Source of the DNA: Mytilus californianus
Taxonomy: Eukaryota
NCBI RefSeq assembly: GCF_021869535.1
Contig: NW_026262582.1
Location: 61,318,001-61,382,000 of the forward strand
DNA length: 64,000 bases
Direction: 5' to 3'
The position numbers and the translations under genes are program-made. Positions 55,535-64,000 of this stretch are shown one piece after another (the stretch's first letter is position 1; each line of letters begins with the position of its first letter). Under the pieces are notes generated by a model. The model saw only the letters and a program-made list of their open reading frames with translations, was not told the DNA's origin and did not search any database.

Positions 55535-56193
55535 TGTTACGATCAAAAATCACCTTTAAATTGTGTCCAACAAAAAACACAAATCAATAATAAAATTTAA
55601 CAAGATTTATTGTACACAAGTTTACAAGAAAAATTATACAAATTGAAATGTCAACTTAACTGTTATATATGTCCGATCCTTTTGTCTTTTCTTTATCCGG
55701 AATTCTTCTCTTCACTGTTGCAGGAATTCAAACATAATATTATGTCCAATAAGTCACAATTAAGTATGATGCAGTTAACGTAAATAAAAGTGTCAAAATT
55801 CAACAACTGCAGAGAACTTCTGAGAATGCAAGAATGTTAATGTCTAATCCGAAAGTCTAACTTTAGTGTCTGTATACATACATAGTTGTCATGAAAATCT
55901 CTAGAACACTGTAGAAGAGAAACTCCTGGAAAACTAGAGAACAAAAACTTCTAGAATACGGTATAAGTTTAAATTACACATAGTAGAATATGACCATTCC
56001 AGAGTTATTATGTAAGTCAAATAGAAAGGTCTAATCATTCCATCAGTATTTATGATTGTTCCAGTGATTTCTAAACTGCACAGTTATTTTGTAAACAACT
56101 ATAATTATTATGTATCATAATATACATGTTATAAGGCCACACAAAACAAATTAGTCCAAGATGGTTAAATATAATAATTACAATATCATAACA
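55535..56193 (-). mobile_element. Solo LTR (Ty3/gypsy-like), 659 bp
   Basis: TG...CA ends with 8/9 inverted termini (TGTTACGAT / ATCATAACA), a 4-bp TSD CTCT (55531-55534, 56194-56197), and a minus-strand AATAAA at 55611-55606. Confidence 0.85.
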
Positions 56194-57690
56194 CTCTGAA
56201 TGGTTTGGTTCTTATATGGATGAAATAGTTCCTGATGCACGTTAATTACAAATCAATGATCATAATGATAATCATCATAAATATCACCAACTGATGCAAA
56301 TATATATTTTCATAATAACAAGAACACGAAGAACTGGTGTTTAATTATATTATTTGATATAATTTTATTTAAATATAAAGTCCTTTAAGAAATTGATCTT
56401 ATTATCTATGTTTTCTCAAGAAACCACCTGTCCGCTTTGTATCTATTTCAAAACTTTATAAAAATTAAATGACGAGACAACTCGCCCTCAGAGACCTAAT
56501 GACTTCGAATTAAGTATCTCAAAGTCACTATTCGGTCTTCAATAGTGACCATTACGCATCACCAGATATATGAAAGGCCCTGTAATACCAAATGCATGGT
56601 TGTGGATTAAAGTGTATCTTGGTACTAGTCTATTTCTCCTTTATGCTTATTTGCCGCAACATTAACGTCATGATGAAGCCCGTGTTTGTTATCTCATCAA
56701 TTTGAAATATATTGGGTTTCATAAAATATTTCTTGCCAAGTACATATGTATATGTTTTCATATGAACATTAGTGTCGCATTCTGGATAAAAAAAAGGAGA
56801 TGTAATATGATTTCAAATGAGACAACTATCCACAAGAGATCAAATTTCACAAAATCTATCTTAGAAAAAATGATTTTTTTTATAGATAATTGAAAATGTT
56901 CATGACAATCGTTTTCTTCATCTACACATCTTCATGATCTTCGTGAGAGATGTTTACATATTGAACGCAGACGTCGATAAGATGAGAAGATGAAATCTGG
57001 TTTAAACAAAAATACCCCTTATCAAAGCTTGTTTGAGTATGCTTGTGCTGATTAACTTATTACTTTACGCTGTTATTGATATAGATAAAGAGAAGCCTCC
57101 TTTCCATTTAGAAAATTGTTTGAATAACATTTAAAGAACTTATATGACCAATGATATCTTCATGAAAGTTTTGTAATACGGTAATTCTATTTACTAATGA
57201 TAAGATGCCTTTTAAATATAACACTCCTTCCAGCAACCATTTTAATATGCATAAGAGGTCATAACTTGCGGTTTTGGCAGAACTGAATATTATAAGCATA
57301 AAGCATTCATTCCCTTGGTCTTCCAATTTAACATAAGCCTCACATTTTGTCATCCCTGAGACTTTTATATCTTACATAACGGTATATGGGGTTTGTTCAT
57401 TGTGCAAGGCCCAACCACAAACCGTTGTAATTTACATCCTTGTACTTTGGACCTTTCTTGATAGTTTTCTCATTGGATATCATACTACATCTCCTTATTT
57501 TTATATGGAATTATTCCATTAACAAATAATGACACCCATATAACACAAGGGGGTCTTCAATTATAATAGGAATCCATTCCACGAAGTGAGCTCTGGAAGG
57601 CCCTGATAAAAAATAGATTGAGTTATGAATGTATTAACAAAACGCACATCACAATCTCAAGTTAAGAAAAGGACATTCCCCTGATAAATA

Positions 57691-57912
57691 TACTGTAAAC
57701 CAAATTATTTTTGAGGATAATATTTTCCCCGTTTAGCCCTTTCTAGCACATTTTGAGGCGATTTAATGTCGCGATTTTCAAATTTACTCGATGAGTTAAA
57801 TAAGGAAAGATCCAAGTTTTAGATATTTGCGTATATTTATATTCACGTTATTTTTTCTACTCGCAAAAGTCGCGAAAATAAATCCCTCCCTAGAATTAGT
57901 TGGTTTACAGTA
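57691..57912. mobile_element. MITE with TACTGTAAACCAA TIRs; decayed relatives at 39859-40038 and 46992-47178
   Basis: Perfect 13-bp TIR (57691-57703 / 57900-57912) and CGCG-rich subterminal motifs. Confidence 0.8.
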
Positions 57913-58079
57913 TTCATAATTTCGTGCTAAAAAAAGTTTATAAACATGTAGAGGGTGAACTCATTGAATGCAATTAGTTTTTCTTTTCTTTTTTCGAACG
58001 ACTGACCTCATCACTTTAGATAAAACGAAATCTGCAAACAAACAAATTAAAAACTTGTGCTCTAGTCACGGATGAAATG

Positions 58080-58995
58080 CAAATGTTTATAATTGCAAAA
58101 TGGGCCCTATTGTGAAAAAGAATGCTTCAATTTCTGCATTTACTGAAATTATGTGTTTCCCTCCAAGCACATTTGCATTTCTAACTCCTCAAAAAGAGGA
58201 TTTACTAATCATCCGATTAATTTTTGAACTACTCGTTAAAGTTAATCATAAATTAGTTTAACGACAAGTTGAACAACGGACCCAGGAACAAAAGAGGTTA
58301 AATACCAAGAGGTATGGCACAGTAAACAGTAAGCACATTTGAAATTTATAGACAGCTCCATACCATTATATTTTGAATACGGCTTTTTACTAGAAAGTGG
58401 TTATCAAAATGTTTAACTAACGGGTGCGACATAGAAATCATATCTTATACGTTAGGCGATGGGGTCATGACGTTCTGACGTCAATCAAAATTTATTTATC
58501 AAAGAAACAGATGTTAAAGCAACCTTCTGCAAATTGGGAACTTTATTTTCTATTATATATCTTTTATTTTTCGTTAAAGGTGATTTTAAGCTGGAGATGG
58601 AATATCAGTTCCTTTGGGTATCATTTAACTAGTGGTCAGTGCTTCAATGTTGGTTTGATTTCAATAACTAGATATTGTCTGTAAAATCCCAAGTAATTGC
58701 ATGCAGTTGTTTTCAGAAATTCACGACTCCAAGGCAACGTGTATATAAGTTGTTGGTTGTTCTTTTCAAACTCTCAAACGTTCAATATTTTCGCTATCCA
58801 AACTTTAGGTTATAATCGTACCTGATAATGACATATTAAACCGTCAATTATTAGTAAAATTGTGTGCATATATAGGAACATGTCGTTTTCTAAAAGGATT
58901 TAATATATTACCAGATATGTCTGACTTCAAATTATATTATGTAGTTCGTAAAAAAAATGGTAAAGATCTATGCAAGTAGTTGCCTAATTTGGTGA
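58080..58995 (+). repeat. About 0.93-kb repeat unit, also tandem at 62765-64000
   Basis: aaatgtttataattgcaaa..gggccctatt at 58081 and about 63103. aaaatcccaagtaatt at 58683, 62771 and about 63696. Confidence 0.85.
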
Positions 58996-61299
58996 ACCAT
59001 AAACACGTTTTTATTAATCTTATGTTTTTATATATTTTCGATTATGTTGTGAAAGAACGTCTTTTGTTTTATTTTACACTTTAAACTGAAGTTCATAATA
59101 AAAAGAAATCGTTTGGGATATAAGGCTTTGTAAAAAACTGTTGATTCAAGAAGGGCATTTGATACATAAATATTGAAACATTTAAAGTTTATACAAAAAA
59201 CAACACAAACTGTAATATGTTACTTAAAGGTGGTGAGATTTGTTTGTGTACATTGACACCAACATCGTCAAGGCAATCAATAGAAGTGGTACCACCACTG
59301 GTGTCAAACTGCATTGTCTGATGTAATATGTTTAATGTCTCCAAGATGTATTAAGAGGATACAGAACTTAAGGAAGTAAACTCTTTAAAAATCAGCTGAA
59401 CGATTTAATCACATACTATAAGTAAAGAGATATCAAGCCTCTCAATGATCAAAATTATTGTTTATCAAACTGCTATGTATCCAATGAAATTATTCCAGAC
59501 CTGTAAGTTGTGTGGTTCAAATGTCTTGAATTTTTTATATTTATGTCAACAGGTGAAAGTTAATATTTTGTCAATTTAAAAAAAGAATTAAACGAGCGAA
59601 ATTTATTTTAGTCACAGTGTTGCGTTACCCCTTAATCATATGAAGGAGACACCATGTAAAAAAGGTGTAAAAATACCAAAAGGTTTGTCAAGGTAAACAG
59701 TATTCACATCTGCAGTTAATCTATAGACCAAGGTGTATCACTGTGAATAGTTTTGATACATATATTTACACGGAAGGGGTTGCCTATTAATAAAAAATAA
59801 GCTGATCTATGACTAAGCAGCCCTTCCAAATGCGATAGGCGATGAAATCATGCAGACAAAATGTCTATATCGTTTTTTTGCAAAAGGTCATTGAATATCA
59901 GTTGCCGTAGGCAACATTTACTTATAGGCTAGAGCCTCAATATTGGTATGATTTAGATAACAAATTTGGTCTGTAACATTCAATTTCATTACATAAAAAT
60001 GTCACGACTTATCATGCAAAGATGTTTGTTGTTCTGTTTCAGCCTATTCGCATTTAATTGTTTCTTTCCACACTTTAGGTTCTAAGAGTACTTCTGTACT
60101 ATTATTTGTCTGTTTGTCTTTTTATTTTTGGCCATGGCGTTGTCAGTTTGTTTTCGATCTATGGGTTTGACTGTCCTTCTGGTATCTTTCGTCCCTCTTC
60201 AACATTTTCGTCATCCAAAAAATTGATTGTGAAAATCCAAATTCGAGCATCCCCACAAATTGTATCGTATTAAAAGTTAATCCACATCCACATGACGGTA
60301 AAGAACGAGTATTTCGATATTCCAATATCTCTTTTTGGTATAAATGTATTATCGGTTTCGTTTAAAGTATAATTCACTGATTGCTGTATTTCAGAGTATG
60401 TTACATCATAAATCTAACAACCTAGTTTAATATCAATAATTTTTGAAAGTCATACTGAAATCGTCCAATAATTGGCAATGTATCAGTACTAAAGTATTAT
60501 TGATTGTATTCTAAATAGGTTAATACAGAACAAAACATGTAATGTTATCAAGATATTGACACTTATTGTCGGACATCCTGTCAAAACTTATATTTCGGTA
60601 TTGAACATGGTTGTGCTTTTCTTATACTGCTTATTACGTTTTTAACATTGGTACTTATGCTTTTTTCTTTTAGTTATTTGCTTTTTTGCTTAGTACTGGT
60701 CTGGTGAGTAAAACCCAAATATTTGTTACAGTTTTACAACCTCATTAACATTTTAGATAGCGCTACATTGTTAAAGTGTCTGTCTCAAGCCAGGAAACAG
60801 TAAACAAGTGGTTGTCGTTTGAAACTGTCGGTCAACTTGGTGTTCTTTCATTGTTATAATATAAATCAACCAACTTGATTTCTCATTTTTCATAATTTTA
60901 CATTGTGTCATACCGGGGTCTTTTATTGCTTATACATTTCGTCATACTATACGGTGCGGGTTTCGGTCATTGTTTAAATCCGAACGGTGACCTGTGATTT
61001 TTCACATCTTTATCCTTTGATGTACTGATCTATGGGTAGTTCATTTTTGCCTTGGATATCATATCCCTATCTTTGCTGACTATAATTTGGACACTATATT
61101 TTGACACAATTATCATGAATAAATCAGGTCGCACTTTTTACTTTTCTTACATATTCAGAAATATAGCCCCAAACTTAAGAAAAGTCTTGACTTTAAGTAC
61201 TTTATCTGAAAAAAATAAAGTATTTTAATGAATTTTTTTAATTCAATAATAAATACATTTAATTTTTAATTCAAAATTACTCCGTACAATTCTAAATAA

Positions 61300-61800
61300 A
61301 TAAAGAAAAAAAAAACCCTTTATTTCAATAAAATGCTTTACATATTTTCTCGTTTGTTTAAAGTTATATATATATCATACAAAGACCATACCATAACATA
61401 ACACAAATATAAGAAATATTGCTGAAGAAGGCATTTAAAAAAAAGTGCAGCTTCTTCAATAATAGTTAAGATATTCAGATAATTAGTTTTAAACGAGTCA
61501 ATTCTTCCGTAATTGTCATTATCACATACTCAAAGCAGCTATCAGTTCTGCAGATCCAAATACTGACTGTAATTGAAAAAGAATAGTTTATGATATCATC
61601 AATAGCAGATTGCTGTATTCAGTTCTGATTGTCATCGCTGTACAATGGATTTGCCATTGTGTACCGTAGATATTAATCAGTCTTCCCTTTTGCATCTGCA
61701 GTTCATATAGCCGGTTATGAAGTGTGATTAAACTATCTTCAACAATATTCCCTTTAATTTTTTTATCATGTCAACTTTTTCTGCGAAAAATGAAAAGCAG
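61300..61800 (-). mobile_element. Possible decayed LINE 3' end
   Basis: Minus-strand fragments such as LRYTMANPLYSDDNQN*IQQSAIDDII loosely resemble CR1/L2-clade ORF2 C-termini and are followed by an A-rich tail. The match is weak. Confidence 0.25.
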
Positions 61801-62764
61801 GCCCTAAGGTTCCAAGATTCAACACTGAAAACACGGGTTCCCCAAACTAGAGGATAGAACATGTAGAAGCTTCAGGTAAAGAACTCTATTATTTACACTA
61901 TAAAAGGCTGAAACATAAACTTAAACGATGTGTTTCAGTTATGAATTGTCTTTAGCTATCAATTTAGGGGAGTTGACTAAGTTTTGTAATTGATCAGAGC
62001 TTTAAATTCAGTGTACAATATTTAAAGCTGCCTTCGTCTTGAAGTGAAGTTTCGATTCAAGAATTTGTCTTTTTTTTATTAATAGATGTTACACATTGTT
62101 TTTTACTTTTATCTGAAAATGAATTGTCTTTAGAAATTATACATATAATAATTCGCCGGAAAACTTGACCTTTTTTTTAATTATTCTGTTAAGGTCAATT
62201 TTGGTCATAAAATCTCTTGAAAGATTTGTTTACATCGCCTGTTTTAATATTTCAGGTTTTAAGAGTTTCTGGTATACATGAAGATGATCCAGAAAAGCAC
62301 TCCGGAGGCCACAATTTTAAGATCTGTTATTCTCATTTTGGCTCCTTGAACATTATATCATACTTTTTTTTTTTGCGTTTGGTAAAACTGGCAATAGTTT
62401 TTTGACATGGAAACTGTATTATTAATCGAGTCGGACTTAAAGTGTCCGTATTTGCAAAGATCACGTGACAAATTAGAACATCAAGATTTCAGAAAAAAAC
62501 CAAAGATTCCATATTCTTCAGTAGGGGGAGTGCAGTTGATATTTAAGGCTACATAATTAATTCCCACACAACTTATATGATCATAGTATTGATCCACAGT
62601 CTGTGCAATAGATATTATAAAACTCATTAGGAATATTTTTCCAATGGTATAAAATGAGGCAAGAAATACTAACGGAATATTCAAAACCCGTAAGTCAAGA
62701 TAAACTGACAACGCCATGGCAAAAACCGAAAAACCACGAAAAGAACGTTCAATAACTAAATTTT

Positions 62765-64000
62765 GTCTGTAAAATCCCAAGTAATTACATGCAGTTTTTC
62801 TCAGATATTCACGACTCCAAGACAATTTGTATTTAAATTGCTGGTTGCTCTTTTTGCTCCATTTGGCCTTCAAACTCTCAAACGTTCAATATTTTGGCTA
62901 TCCAAACTTAAGGTTATGAGCGTATTTGATAATGAAATATTAAACCGTCAATTATTAGTAAAATTATGTACATGTATAGGAACATGTCGTTTTGTAAAAG
63001 AATATAAGATATTACCAGATATGCATGACTTCAAATCATATTATGTAGTCTGTTAAAAAATGGTAAAGGTCTATGCAAGTATTTGCCTAATTTGGCAAAC
63101 CAAATGTTTATAATTGCAAATGGGCCCTATTTTGAAAAGATTTCTAGAATGCTTCAATTTCCGCATTTACTGTAATTATTTGTTGCCCTCCAAGCAGAAT
63201 TGCATTTTTAACTCCTCTCAAAAAAAGGATTTACTAATCATCGGATTAACTTTTTGAACTACTTGTTAATTAACAAGTTGAACAACGAACCCAGGATCAA
63301 ACGAGGTCAAATACCAAGAGGTCTGTCACAGTAAACAGTAAGCACATTTGGAGTTTTTAGACAGCTCCATATTATTATATTTTTTTAATACGGCTTTATA
63401 CTCGACAGGAACTACCAACTTTGAAAATGTTTAACTAAGGAGTGCGACATTGAAAACATACCTTAAACGTAAGGCGATGGGGTCATGACTTTCTGATATC
63501 AATCAAAATTTAATTATCAAAGAAATACATGTTAAAAATTCTTTTGGCAGATTGGCAACTTTATTTTCTATTTTTATTATTTTTCGTTAAAGGTCATTTT
63601 AAGCTGGAGATGGAATATCAGTTTCTGTGGGTAACATTTAACTAGTGGTCAGTGCTTCAATATTGGTATGATTTCAATAACTATACATTGTTTGTAAAAT
63701 CCCAAGTAATTGCATGCAATTGTTTTCCAAAATTCACGACCATCAGGCAATGTGTCTTTTATGTGCTGGCTGTTCTTTTGACTAATTTGGACTTCAAACT
63801 CTCAAACGTTCAATATTTTGCCTATCCAAACTATAGGTTATGAGCGTACCTGAAAAAGACATATTAAACCGTCGATTATTAATAAAATTATGTGCATATA
63901 TAGGAATATGTCGTTTTCTTAAAGGATATAAGATATTACCAGATATGCCTAACTTTAAATTATATTATCTAGTTCGTTAAAAATGATAAAGATCTATGCA
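62765..64000 (+). repeat. Tandem copies of the about 0.93-kb unit, running off the window end
   Basis: Period of about 925 bp between 62771 and about 63696. Confidence 0.82.

Noticed and set aside
59772-59827. GC-rich hairpin ggaaggggttgc...gcagcccttcc
   Set aside because: It is isolated, with no Helitron CTRR end or second copy to support a function.

Overview
AT-rich animal genomic DNA. The repeat families look like those of a Mytilus-type bivalve, which is recognition and not a database result. One credible protein-coding gene is present: a single-coding-exon klumpfuss/WT1-like C2H2 zinc-finger gene (minus strand, 45323-46738), with a disabled tandem paralog at 38022-39352. The rest is layered repeats: (i) three families of Penelope-like retroelements with Naiad architecture (N-terminal GIY-YIG, CxC linker, C-terminal RT), including one near-full-length decayed copy and many solo 3' tails; (ii) several families of minimal type I hammerhead-ribozyme (HHR) retrozyme-like repeats, one with an intact catalytic core at 39665-39708; (iii) TA-flanked MITEs and a solo LTR; (iv) nested tandem, segmental and inverted duplications from 43 bp to about 13 kb. 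The most notable points are the ribozyme/Naiad co-cluster (a Naiad inserted inside a retrozyme, and a retrozyme inserted next to the pseudogene's splice acceptor), a head-to-head Naiad twin missing from its paralogous locus, and a minisatellite whose single-unit progenitor survives in the paralog. Both element classes are already described in the literature, so any novelty is in their local relationships. Repeat boundaries were read by eye and are approximate unless a target-site duplication is given.
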